Source: Lingula anatina | Taxonomy: Eukaryota > Animalia > Brachiopoda | Reading direction: 5' to 3' | Assembly (NCBI GenBank): GCA_051362555.1 | Contig: CM120640.1 | Span: 19,034,001 to 19,098,000, forward strand | Length of the DNA: 64,000 nucleotides | In this document: positions 1 through 12,821 of the stretch, one piece after another | Layout of the letters: each line of letters starts with the position of its first letter | Position numbering within the stretch: position 1 is the stretch's first letter | Translations under genes and position numbers: made by a program | The notes under the pieces: model-generated | What the model saw: the letters and a program-made list of their open reading frames with translations, nothing else | Told to the model about the DNA's origin: nothing | Databases searched by the model: none

Positions 1-2294
1 CTCTCTCAAGGGAGTTGAGTCTTAGTCATGATGAGATGGCCGTGAATTTCTTTTTTCATCAGGTATTCTACTGTTTCCTAGTGTGTGCGGTGAAGTGAAT
101 ATTTTTAAATTGAAATTGTAAGATTCTAAAAAATCATCTGAAAGTTGATAAATTCAGAGTATTGGTTGAGAGTACCCATCTGTAAAATGTAGTTTTTTTA
201 CAGGAGAGCGCTGGCAGAAAAAGTATCTCAGCACCCTTGTATGATTTCATATAAATGTTATTTTTGGAAGTGTTCTCCCTCTAATAACCTGTTTTCTGTT
301 CTGTTGAAGGCACATGAAGAAGTCAGCAGGGGCACTATCAAATCAAAAGATAAACTTTATGAACTCAAGGCCTTACACCAAGCGAATAAGCAGCAGGAGG
401 TATATTAAAACAATGCACAGACATAACAGAAAAGAATCTTTTTAAAAAGCTTTGCATCTCTGCACATAATGTTATTTTAAATAAAAGCCACTTAAATGAT
501 TGGTACATTATCTTGCAAGGCTGACACTTGTTACTTTAAATGTGGAATTGTTTTCTGCACAGTCGAACATAAGTCCCAATGTGCTTGAATTATAGATGTG
601 CGCAGTAACTGACTCCCACTGTGCTTACCCTTTCAGTATTTGAAGATTGTCCGTCACCTGGATGGCTATGGTGAAGTTGTGTTCCCCCACTGTCCTTGTG
701 ATGCTAAAAAGGAAGGACATGTCATAGTCAGATTTTCATTGGAAAACCTGAAGTTACAAGCTTGTCAAGAAGATGGATCACCAGAGGTTTGTAGAAGAGG
801 AGAATTGATTGGAAAAGAAAGAACAGAACTAAGCATTTTTAGGTCTTTTGTTGAGGAGTTTAGTTTGAGGAAAGCCAATCCGTAACTTCTTTGTTTTGTG
901 CAAATTTGTGTTGTTTTGTATAAATGAATGCTGGTGAATTTTTTCAATGCATGAAACTAACTACAGAATTGTTCTTTTCTAGACTCAAGTCATTGAATTT
1001 CCATGGAGCTGCATAAAACAGCATGAGTTTGATGAAGAAGGAATGACATGCAATTTTTATTATGAGAGAGAGGGCAAAAAGGCACGATGGGTGCGAATTC
1101 AATCTCCACATGTAAGTTTTTATTTTAAGATGATAGTATTACAGATAAATTTATGTGCTCAAAACTAAAAAAGTAAGAAAGTTTATCTTTCAATAAGTAT
1201 ACTGTTTGCACCAGTGTGGCTTGTTCCTCTCTTTGTGAAACAAGCTGGCTGTATAATTTTCATCTCAAAGATGATTTTTAAGTACAAACACTATTAGAGC
1301 CTGTGTATATTCTTATCAGGTGTGTGTCTGCCCATGATTTTGGTGCTGTCCTCCCCACCTGGCACTAAAGCCATTGCCTCTAATGTTGTGTTTTCTTAAA
1401 TAATATGGCAACCCATGAGTTGGATAAATACAGAGAAATCATATTTGAGAACAAACACACACATGTGCACATTAATATTCTCTTATTGCTTGGTTGCAAT
1501 ATATGCATGGTTATTATGGATCTTTTGTATCAATCCTGAATCTTATTCATATCTCTGGGGAGAATACAACCCAAGCTGCACCATACTTGATGCTGGGAAT
1601 TATTACTCAACCAAGAAGGATTTCATAATGACCAGGTCTTTGAAACTCAAAAACTTTGAAACTCTTTATTTCATAATGAAAAACTATCCACTGTTATGGC
1701 CACTCTCTACATTTTTCTTTTCTTTAGGCCATGTATATGTATGAGTGCTTTGAGAGGATTTTCACAGAACTAGAATGGAATGACACTGAGGTAAGTTGAA
1801 TCTTTTTATTGTCATGTCTTTTGATGTCCTTACTTAAGTGTCAATATATGATATGCTGTGTAAAGTGTAAACTTGAAAAGTACTCAACTAATAAGATGTA
1901 GAAAAGTATGTTAAAAGTAGGAGAAAGGTGTGTTACAGTAGTCAAGTAGAAGTTAATATGCCACAAGCATGAGAACAGCTAGTTTTCTAATTAATCTCAT
2001 TCAGAAACGGCTCAGAAATTGTTTAGAATTAACTTAAAGATTGACAAAGGGCTAGACTCAATGTGGATATCATTTCCACTTTTTTATTTAGAAGTTCTAA
2101 TGGTTGGATAGAATGAGAACTCTGCTGGAACACAGGTGAGAAATATAAATAAACTTCTCTACAAATATTTCCTATAAAAATTGATGAGGCAAGAAATTCA
2201 ATGAATAATTTCAGATTTCTTTTCACTTTTGTCATGAATTTAATGTTGATTTTTTTCTCTTTCGCAGAGGGACATGCTATCAGATATCCATTGA
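1..2294 (+). CDS. SNX27: Sorting nexin 27, 3' part (FERM domain C-terminus). Exons <1-62, 310-399, 637-786, 983-1111, 1728-1790, then terminal exon 2092-2100 (KF*) or 2268-2294 (RDMLSDIH*)
   Basis: GT-AG phase-0 exons splice to ...HDEMAVNFFFHQ|AHEEVSRG...|YLKIVRHLDGYGEVVFPHCPCDAKKEGHVIV...LKLQACQEDGSPE|TQVIEFPW...FDEEGMTCNFYYEREGKKARWVRIQSPH|AMYMYECFERIFTELEW. This matches the SNX27 FERM F2/F3 region as I recall it ([20 protein letters not shown]...[39 protein letters not shown]). The terminal exon choice is uncertain. Confidence 0.9.
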
Positions 2295-3209
2295 GAATAG
2301 AGCATGGAAGAAGTCAAACCGATCCACTAAATACTTTTGTTGTTATACAAAAATATATGCCAAATTGTTCTAAAATTTATTTAATAACTAAAATGTTGTT
2401 TTTTCACAAAATGTACTGGGTATTACATATTTGTGTTTTGTCATAAACATGTACATGTATATGCACTCAATTTTGTACAACTATAGTCTGTACGTTCTGC
2501 AGGATGGAAATTAATTCAGTCAATGAAACATTTTTCCCACAAATCTGAAATCCAGCAAATGAGAATATTTGTTGCCCTATTCACAATTGTTGTACATTTG
2601 ACAGGACTGTGATTCGATATTAAATATTCAATACCACAAGATTTTGGTATTGTCCTGGAACTTTTTGAAATGTCTGGGAATATGTAGAAAATGTTGCCCT
2701 GACCAAAACAGATTTGCAGGTTCACTTGGTAATTTTTCCATATTGGCCCTGATGCCGGTCTTGAAGTTATAATTATTGTAATATTAGTTACACACATATT
2801 TTTTTGTCTTTAAGGGATTGAGTTATAAAGTGCATCAGTCTAATCAATATGGTTTACAAATTCTGTCAAATCGAATATATGGTGGTACACCTATGAAGTT
2901 CTATATGCTGCGACAAGATATTTATTCGCTGCTGATAAGTAAAATTTGCTCTTTACATATTTTACAATCAAATATTTAACAAACATTTAACAGAAAAAGA
3001 AAAAAATTGTCTTTGTGACAAATGGTTTGGTGAATAAAATGATCATTATGTACAGTGCTGTGTCAGGATACTTTTCTTGTAATTCTATTACAAGAAATTA
3101 TTGTAAGAAAGGTAATTGTATGTACTTCATTGCCCTGATGTAGTACACTAGGATAAAGGCACACAAGCAGTAGACCTTTAAAGCAAAAAAAAAAATAAAT
3201 AAATAAAAT

Positions 3210-3215
<6 letters not shown>

Positions 3216-3262
<47 letters not shown>
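3216..3262. repeat. (CA)n microsatellite
   Basis: Uninterrupted CA dinucleotide run. Confidence 0.95.
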
Positions 3263-3264
<2 letters not shown>

Positions 3265-4857
3265 TTCCAGAAAATTTCATAGCTTTTCCCCTTACCACCA
3301 AGGTATGACATATTGCCAAAACTATTATCTATCAGCTGATACTCTTTAAAAAAAATTGTAGCCACTCCTGCATTGGAGATGGGGATTGGTCGGTAAGTAT
3401 AGAATTTTAAAGCTTGAAACGGAGTTCATAGACCATAATTTTCTCAGTGGTCTTGGATAGAATAGACTGCTGATAAGGGGAAAATTGCTGGAATTTTAAA
3501 GAAAACTAATTCCATGCTATGTAAAGGTCTATCTTGCATTGTTAGCCTTTAAGATGTTAATAACCATATCAGACTCTTTCCAAAAAGTGATGGTGCATGT
3601 CAGTTAATACAATATATTGTACAGAAAACATTACTTATACATTCTTTATACTGGCATTGCCTAAATGCAAGTTATATGCATATTATTTAGCCCATTGTTT
3701 AACATTGTTTTGTTTTAGGTTTAAAAAATAAAAAAGTGGTGTAATTATATGTGAAATTATTTACATTATATGTTGTTCAGAAATCCACTTAGACAAATTT
3801 TAAGGAAAGACATCTTTATTGATATCAGTGAAATATTAATTGCCAAACATTTTGATAGGCTGGAAGTGCAAATATATCAAGTTGCTTTTGCTCACTTCTC
3901 AGTATATAAGCTGCAACTGAAAGTGTTTACAAAATGATACACAAAGAAAGACCAACTCCTTCATTATCTGATATTAGAAAACCAGACAGACAAATGACCA
4001 TAGCTTATTGTATTGGAGCTGTATCATAGTAAGGTTTGTATATTTTGATCTACTCTGCTATGCCAGGTGCATGTTTATATATTATACATTGTATTTCCTA
4101 AGCTACATGAAAGTTTCAAGCAATAAATGGTATCCCTAAGACAATCAACTTTGCTGCTACTTTTGTTTTCAATCCAGATTGAGAAAAAAAGGAAAAGCAT
4201 TGCAGATTTTTACTTGCAAAATGATAAAAAGCGAAAAGAAAGTAAGAACTTTCCGTGTCAGCAGATGATGATAGGGGCACTCCATTGTTGAAATGGCAAC
4301 CATTAACCAAGGGCATTTCTTTTCCAAAATGCTTCTTTTCCTCTTTTCATAATTAAGAGAAGTTTCATGCACATTTTAAATCCATTTTGGACTCAATTCC
4401 ATACATAGAATTCTGGCAGTTGTTGGAGCCAAAGCACACAGCTAATATTGAGAATTTAAACTTTATTAGTAAATTTTCAAAATGCGCATTATATGAATAA
4501 TTGTGATAGTATATATGAATTGGATTTCGAGATGTGATGTCATTTTTAAGAGTTCCTTAATTACTAACAATATATGGCTCTTTAAGTACTCTTATCAATC
4601 TTGTTAATTGAACTTGATTGAATGTTAAAAGCTACATGTACTTCTAAAGATATAGTATCAGATATGATAAGAATTTGTCTTCCATTGTTTCCATCAATCA
4701 AAATGTAAAATGCCATTTTTTCAAATTATAAAATCATGGAACTTTTCTTTGTAAAACTTACACATCAATGGAGCAGTGACCAAGTTCAGTAAGCACAAAT
4801 AATACAAGCTTTTTTCTGGTGTATTACGCATTATCATGGACTACATTTACAAACATA

Positions 4858-5445
4858 TATCACGGGGGACACTTGGTCTGAGTTACTTCTCCAGCAGGTA
4901 ACACAACAGCAGTGATATGTTTTCCAGAGATCAACTACAAAATGACTGATCTTTACGTTTATTTCTCTGACTGAGAGATCTGGAGTCTCCTAAGACAGCA
5001 GGGACAATCCAGCTATCGGTTTGACCGACCAAACTCACTCCGAGCTCTGATCTCCAATCTCTGATCTCTAATACAAAGTTCTTCTCCTTATATACTAATA
5101 CACACAAAATACATACAGTGATTCCTAAAACAAGTCAGAGATATTGAAGTCAATTAACAGAATTAATACATATTACTAGAGACCTTTAACATAATTAAAG
5201 TCAGACTGCTTTAAACTCCAACTTGGGGATGAAGCCGTAAATAAAGTTATTCAATCCTTTTAAAACTGAAAACATCCTTTAAAACTTGGTTACAGTTCTT
5301 TCCAATGAATAACATACATAAACAGATTCATATGATATCATTATAAAGGAGACATCTGAACAATCTTTACCAAATGTTGATTTAATTTGATTTAAATGTG
5401 GAAGTTTCTAAAATGAAGTTTGGCCGTGAAATCACCACTATGACA
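4858..5445 (-). mobile_element. Probable solo LTR in the 3' flank/UTR of RLR-A
   Basis: Absent from the paralogous flank of RLR-B (18425-18500). Flanked by a CATA 4-bp duplication (4854-4857, 5446-5449). Ends TATCAC...ATGACA (degenerate TG..CA). Minus-strand TATATAAG (~5087-5094) and AATAAA (4958-4963). Confidence 0.6.
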
Positions 5446-5641
5446 CATACATCTATCATCTTTATGTCTAAAGAACTGTCCCAATTTCCCTCCTAGCCAG
5501 TTGAGTTTCACAGACCACACAAGTTGGCCTTTTCATTTCATACTTTAATAAATTTTCACATGTGCAGGTTTCAAAATAAAGTAGCTGGCACAAATCGGAA
5601 TTGATGCTCAAAAGAAAGTTGGTTGTTCACTGCTAAGCCTT

Positions 5642-8600
5642 TTACTGACTAGCTGCAATCTTCCTCAAGTCTTCTACATTGATTTCCGGCACTTTAAATG
5701 GCACGCTCTTCCACTTTTTTTCCCATTTCTTCTCTCCATTCATATCCACCAACACAAAACTTACTACTTTCAGAACTGGTAATACCACACCTTTGTACAA
5801 ACACTGAATTCCCCAATCGCTGTCACATTTTTTGCAGTGCAGTTTGCCAGTTTTTTCCATATTCCCATATTTGTGGCCATGGGGGTGAGGCTTGACTTCC
5901 ACTCTTGCCATGAATTCTTTATCAAGCACCACATGATGGGATCCTTCGATGACACGGAAATCAAAAGAGAAGCAAGCAAAGACATCGCACTTCAAACATC
6001 GCAGTTCGTATTCATCCTCAGTGGCCAATTGTCTTTGAGTGGTCCTCAAAATCTCTCGCTCAAATTTTGCTTCTTTCTGAAACTTGTGGATCTTGCCTCT
6101 AAACTCCTGAGGACTCATTTTTTTGACTGCAAGTAGAGCTTTCTTCATCATTATTTCCCTAATTATATTTATTTCTTCTCTTTCAGCAGTGCCTCTCACC
6201 CCTGCTAGAAGGACATAGCGGCTATCTTCTGCCCTTCCACGACCTACAATTGTCAATATGTAATATCAAAGTACACTACTATAGTTGATAAACTGAGGCA
6301 TTTAAAGTTTTTAATGAATACTTTAAAATAAAAAAAGAAAAATATTATATATAAAGAAAAATACTCATAGTGGACAATGCATGCAAATTACATCTTGTTT
6401 TAACATCATAAACAGCAAACACATGAAATAAGATTTTTTGAAACAAGCACAAACGATGTTGCCTGTTACTGTAAATCATAGAGCTTGGATTCATTGCTAC
6501 TTGTACCAGTAACACAAAAACCTTGAATGCCCCCTCTCCCTCTCTGAGAAGATTTCCAAAGTTGCAAAATAATAAGTAATAGAGTACTGCTTTCATAGAG
6601 TTTGTGGTGGCAATGCACAAAATATTTTTGTCAATTTTGATGCAATATAACATGATGATTAATAGCACAATCACCACCATCTTTCAATCATCTACTATTC
6701 ATGTTACTACCACAGATCTACGGCTTCAAGTCAATATGTGAAAAATGAAAAAATATCACCAAAAAAAATGCATAACTTGCAGAAAAAGAATGCAATCAGG
6801 CTGGTTTTCCAACTCAATCTGTAATTCAGTCTATCAATCTTTACTGTTAATTTTAGAACATAAGTAACATAATCACTCCTGTAAGTATGAAGACAATAGG
6901 CCTAATGGTTTTCCTCAAAATGTGCACATGGTATAATACATGCTGTTAAAAAACAGAAAAAAAAAACATTACTCTTGGAAAAAAATGGCCCAATCAAGCT
7001 GATTTTCGAACCAACCTGCATTTTATGAATATTTATCAGTTTTGTAAGTTTGAAGACAAAAGTTAAGTTTTCCACTAATCCTGTTATTTCTGAAAATGCA
7101 CAACAATTGGGCCTGCGACAGCAATGACAGACACAGGATATATATGTGTCTGTACAAAAAAGATTTTGAAATATAACTTACCCCTTGCCTGCACCATGGC
7201 TATTTCATTGGTGACATAGTCATATCTGATAACCAAGTTACACTGCTGAATGTCTAAACCTTCTTCAGCCACACTTGTTGCTATGAGAAGTTTTGTGTTG
7301 CCATCTTTAAAGTAGCTTAAGACGTCCACTTGCTGGCTTGAAGTCATTCCTACAATACACACAAAGTGTCTATTAAAAATGGCTGCAGCTGTTTCAGTTA
7401 ATGTACAACAATCATAAGGAGTATGTGTATGTCTATGCTCAAGAACTACATGAGTTTATTTTTTATACAAAAGATGTATAGTTTTCTTTTTATACATCTT
7501 CAAATATCCCCCTCTCCCGACAGTCATGCACACATTGGAAATTTATTTGCTCCTCTAAATTTTAAGTTATTCAACAAAATTACCAGTACAGCCAAACTAA
7601 ATGTATGACCTTGTGCAATTAAATACATATTTTTATATGTATTGGCATGATTTATTAAGAGTGACTTGGTAAGCATGTTTTGGTTTAATACCCACTCTAA
7701 AATAAAGAGAAAAGTTGTTACTGGTGAATTTTAATTAAAATTATCATAATTTTGTGGACAATCCAACAAGGGACACTAATATTCTTTAAAAAGTGTATCA
7801 ATTTGCTAAAAAAAAGGCACACAAGGACAATATTAATATCATGCCGGTTACAGGGTTAAAACAGTGCTTGGAGTTGTCTCATTTCACACATAATACTTTT
7901 TTTATTTTTGGGGGGGGGGGGGGGGGTTGGGGAGGGGAGAGAAAGACTGTGTGGAAACATATTTCTTGGCAAAATATCAGGTTTGCCGCAAATTCACAGC
8001 AAATTTGCAGCAAGTTTACTGCAATATTGCTGCAAACTACAATTCCTTCTTGCAAATTTATACCAAAAATATACAAAAGTATACCAAGTAATATAATTGC
8101 TACCTGTATCTGAAGTGGTGCAATTCATTCACATACGTGTTGATGTACTTTATTATAGTTTCGTAACTTATTTATGTTGTTTTAATAAACTTTCAAGCCT
8201 GATAGTGGTTCTAGTATTAAACCTTTTCTACTGTTGCATTTGTTCCTACTAATGTGCCTGCTGTGACACCCCCATCTCCACCTCCACCACTGATAATCTT
8301 CTTACCTCTCCTTTCAACTGCTGCATTTGTTCCTACTAAGCATTGAGGGTTCAGTGCTTTCAGACTTTCTGTTTCTAACATCCAGCACCTTAAGTTTTCA
8401 GTAAGTGCTCGTGTCTTACAGAACACTATACCCCTGGAGTCTGGTTTCTCTTCATATGCTTTCCTGAGCATATCCTCAAGTTCCGCAAGCTTGGGATTTT
8501 GGTAGGCATCACTTACAGCAATGGCATCGAGTTGTGATTCTTTTTCTGCAAAAGCAAGAAAGCAAACTTTTTATTGACACTAGTTGTTCAGTTCTACTCC

Positions 8601-11600
8601 CCAACATTTGTAAATTAAATAAATTGACAGTAGGCATTAGAATAAAAAATATGCATGTATATTACTTAATTAGATGATAGGCAAGAGCTATATAATTTTA
8701 TTCTTTTAAAATTAAAGATTAATTAAGAAGTTAGGGTAGAGGCTGGGTCTTTATCTTAAAACTGACAAAATAGTTTTTTTTTTTTTTTATTTTCAAAAGT
8801 TCAAATAATAGTCTAACTAATGGGCAAATTAATTTTTAGGGAAATTTATATTTTTTAGAATTTTCAAAAATTCACAACTGCATTGGAGTGTTTAATACAG
8901 TTCACGTTATGCCATGAATTGACACAAGATGTTTACAGTGCACACCTCAGATTTTTTTCTCATAAATGCTGCTACCCATTACTCTGGATTGTGCATGAGG
9001 AACAACACAAGTATGTAATTATACATAATGATCAATTCGTCTATGACAGCATGCTTTTAACTTAAGTCTGTCGTTTAGTTACTTTTCGGTTACTTTTCAA
9101 ATATCATCTGTTGGTACTTGAAAGGGTATACCCTTGTGCCTATATCTTTGTTCAACTACCTTGAAATAATCGCTGAAGCCAGTTATCGATCTCTACATTT
9201 CTACGAGTAGATCTCTTTGAATTCTCATCTCTGATGTACTCAAGAGCATCTTTTGTTCTGCAGTATTCATTTATCAAAAGTGCCTGGTGATATGTCTGAC
9301 AAATAAAAGTTATTCATTAATGAACAGTTTTAAAAACCTATAAGTACTATACTGATAACACAATGTAGCAGTTGTTGACTGCTGGCAAATTGCATTTTGT
9401 TAAAACCAATTTTATCATAACCAAAAATAGCTTCATTTCTAATTATTACCAAATCATGTTTTTGCTGTTTACTCATATGTACCACAACCCAGTATATTCA
9501 ATATTTTCAAAATATAAGTTCAACTGATAGTGTTCAATATGGGATTTTACCTGTATTTCATTTACAAAAGAGCATGTATCAGTTGCTTGTAAATTCATAC
9601 AACAAGCATTCTTAACAGTTAACAATTGTAAGTACCAAAAGATTTGTCAAGCAGGATTTGTAATTCCACCGTATTTTCTGATCATCAATAACTGCAAATT
9701 TTCCCTTCAGTGAATGGACCCACTGAGTATAGGGGCCTTCTCCTTTATCAGCAGGGGCATTTAAATCTGCTGCACTTATCTCTTGTAGTTGATGCTGACC
9801 TAAAAAAGTTGATGCTGATTTTTAATAAATATAAATATATCATAAACATCATACACAACATTTTAAGTACATACTGTTTTACTGGCATTTTCTTTGCAAT
9901 GTACTGCCTATGACCTTTAATATATATGGCCTTAAAATATACTGAGCTATAAAGCAACTTACCATGCAGATACTTAATTTTATTTTCAATTTCTTCCATT
10001 ATTCTAGATATGATGTCTTTGAATGGATCCATGGCTCTTTCACCAACAGGAACAATATCTGTGACAATTGTATGGAAATGAACATCAATAAGGTCAACAA
10101 ATGAATTTCATTATAATTAGTTAACTTGCTTGCATGAACCAAGTTTTATAATTTTGAAAATTTTGACTCCAAACGTAAAACATTAAACATAAAGTTATGA
10201 CTGGAAGAAAGATGATTTCCGTCACCTGACTTGGGTACATTCACGTACTGCAGCATTTCATTCTCATGTTGTACAACTGTAGACAACACCTCTGTATCTA
10301 AATTAGCACACAATCGCAGGATGTGGTCTTTTGCAGATTCAATATTTTTAGCCTTCCCAACACCTAGAGAAGCTGTTAGTCCAACAACCTAGAAAGTCAC
10401 AGTATAATTTCGATTATATTGCATTATATTGCATTACAGCATACTCCACATGCATATACACTGTAATATTTACAACTTAGAGTTGAGATTTGTTAAATGT
10501 AAACTTGGATATATAATTCATCTTCTCTAGCTATAACATATTCTGTTAACCAACTGAAAACCACATGATTGATTAAGATTATCCTCATGTACCTTTTGGA
10601 AAGACTGGTTGACAAAAACAAAAAAGTTCTTGACCAAAGTTTACCTGTGGCAACTTTTTCTGAATTGAAGGATGGCTGTCAACATCTGGGGGAACTAGTT
10701 TCTGGTCAATGTAGAAGGCCATTATACTGTTGTATGGATGACCTTTCTTGGTATGGTGACATTCATCGAATATCATGAGAGAAAAATCATGAACCTTTAA
10801 TACATTATCTCTCAACTCATCAAGCAGAATCTGTGCTGTTAAAACAATAACATCATTCTTTGGCAGAAGCTCACTCAAGGGTACTTTAGCCTCTGCATCT
10901 CCACTCAAGCCTATACTGCGATAGCCAGTGAGGTTTTTCTTGAACACTTCTAACTGCTGTTGCATAAGTTCCACTTGGTTGACAAGAAATACAACTTTTC
11001 TCCGTCCTCTGTCTGCTTTATCTAGGTGTTCCTGTATTTTGAAGAAAAAAATATAAAGAACATCAATAATATTCATGATTCAAGTGCTTTATGTGAAACA
11101 TGATTAGGTCGCAACAAGCTTCCAAAGGTCAGGATCAAGGGCCTAGGTAATATTGTTCACAGCTGAATCCGTGCCACAAAAAGTTTTAATATGGTCCATG
11201 TCTTTCACCCCTGATGGTTTCAGTATTCACAGTTAAATTCAAAAATGAAGAAATGTTTTTTGTATCGCCTTCAACATTATAGATATAGATTTGACAAACC
11301 TTGGTAATCTCGAGTGCCACACGAGTTTTCCCACTTCCAGTAGGAGCACATACAATAATATTCTTCCCCTCAAGGCCTGGCTGGGCCAGCTCTTTCTGAT
11401 AGTTCCTTAACTTTAACTGTGAAGGCTCAGAACTGGATAGTGTTTCATCTGCTGTTCCTACAATAACATGAATCATTTTAAAATAAATCAAATCAAAACA
11501 AAAAGTTTTTTGACCTCACCTCAAAGCCCTGCTAATTTGTTTCCACCAAAAAAGTTCTATTAATTATCATTATTAAAATAATCTTTTTAATGTTTTACTT

Positions 11601-12784
11601 TCCCAGGAATGATACACATTTTCCAGCATTGAGAGATTCACAAAAACATCCTACTGCTTACTGCTATACAATGCCTCATTATCTGAGACAGTTGGAGCTG
11701 GAGCTTGTATCATGGGTTCAACTTCAAAGGAGCTTGTATTATTGTTGATAGATACTGATATGTTAATAGTTTGTATGTTCTACTTGCATTTCAAAAAACA
11801 ATTATAACAGGGTATTCCATAACTTTCAACCCCACTTAATTTTGATTTTGATTTTTGACTATTCTATATGTAATAATGTATGACAATCTAATAAATAATT
11901 TGTATGTGAGTTTTACCTAGAGATGACTCTTGCACAGGGTATGACAAACCATCCTCCACTGCTCCTCTTACTGAAGCTCTCATGTCTACTACATTACTGC
12001 TGTCCATCTCTTTCAGTGCAGTTTGCTGTTGTCCTGGTAAGTGGTCACTCCCACTGCTTGAACTGCCAGTCAGGTTAAGCTTCTCCACACCCTCACAAAC
12101 ATATCCGGAATATTCTCCATCTTCCTCTGATTCTTTTCCTACAACATGAATAAATGTTCATCAATATCATAATGATCATCCTTTTTATATTGGGACATAA
12201 CTAAACCCAGATCACACAATCTGCTTAGCAATTGTGCTCAACTGGAGCTGTTCAGAGGCAGTTGGAGGCCGTCTTCTCAGTTTTACAGAAGACAGTCAAA
12301 ATTTTTCAAGTTTATATTGATGGGTATCTAATGTTTTTTGTCAGAAGAAATGGAGCATCCGTGAACAAAGTTACTTTGGAAGACTGTCAGAAAATATTTG
12401 TAGATCCACCCCTGCTGTCAGCAGCATCTGTCTGCCTTCTTCAACAGATACATATACTGTACATGTAGGTGTTACATGTATGTTGTGTAAATGGAGGAGC
12501 TGTCACATGACTGCATGGGTGTACCAATATTATTACTTTATGCTCTTAATGCTTCATGTGGACAATCTGAATTCTACAATTTAAAATACCAATATTCTCT
12601 TCACCTAGCTTTGAGCTTGCAACTTAAAATGATTCAAAATTGTATAAATTTACATACCATTATTTCCACCACCACCATTTGCACCATTAGCATCCAAGGT
12701 CTTCTTTTCACCTGTAGCATTTATCAAAAATGTTATCAAGTTAATGACTCATAAATGAATATAATATATTATATAATCCTCAGT

Positions 12785-12821
<37 letters not shown>

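Noticed and set aside
12232-12468. Conserved plus-strand ORF (also 38183-38398), or an extra minus-strand RLR exon
   Set aside because: Conservation is explained by the duplication/conversion tract. The starts and ends of the two ORFs differ, and the candidate minus-strand exon hits a stop (…LPK*).
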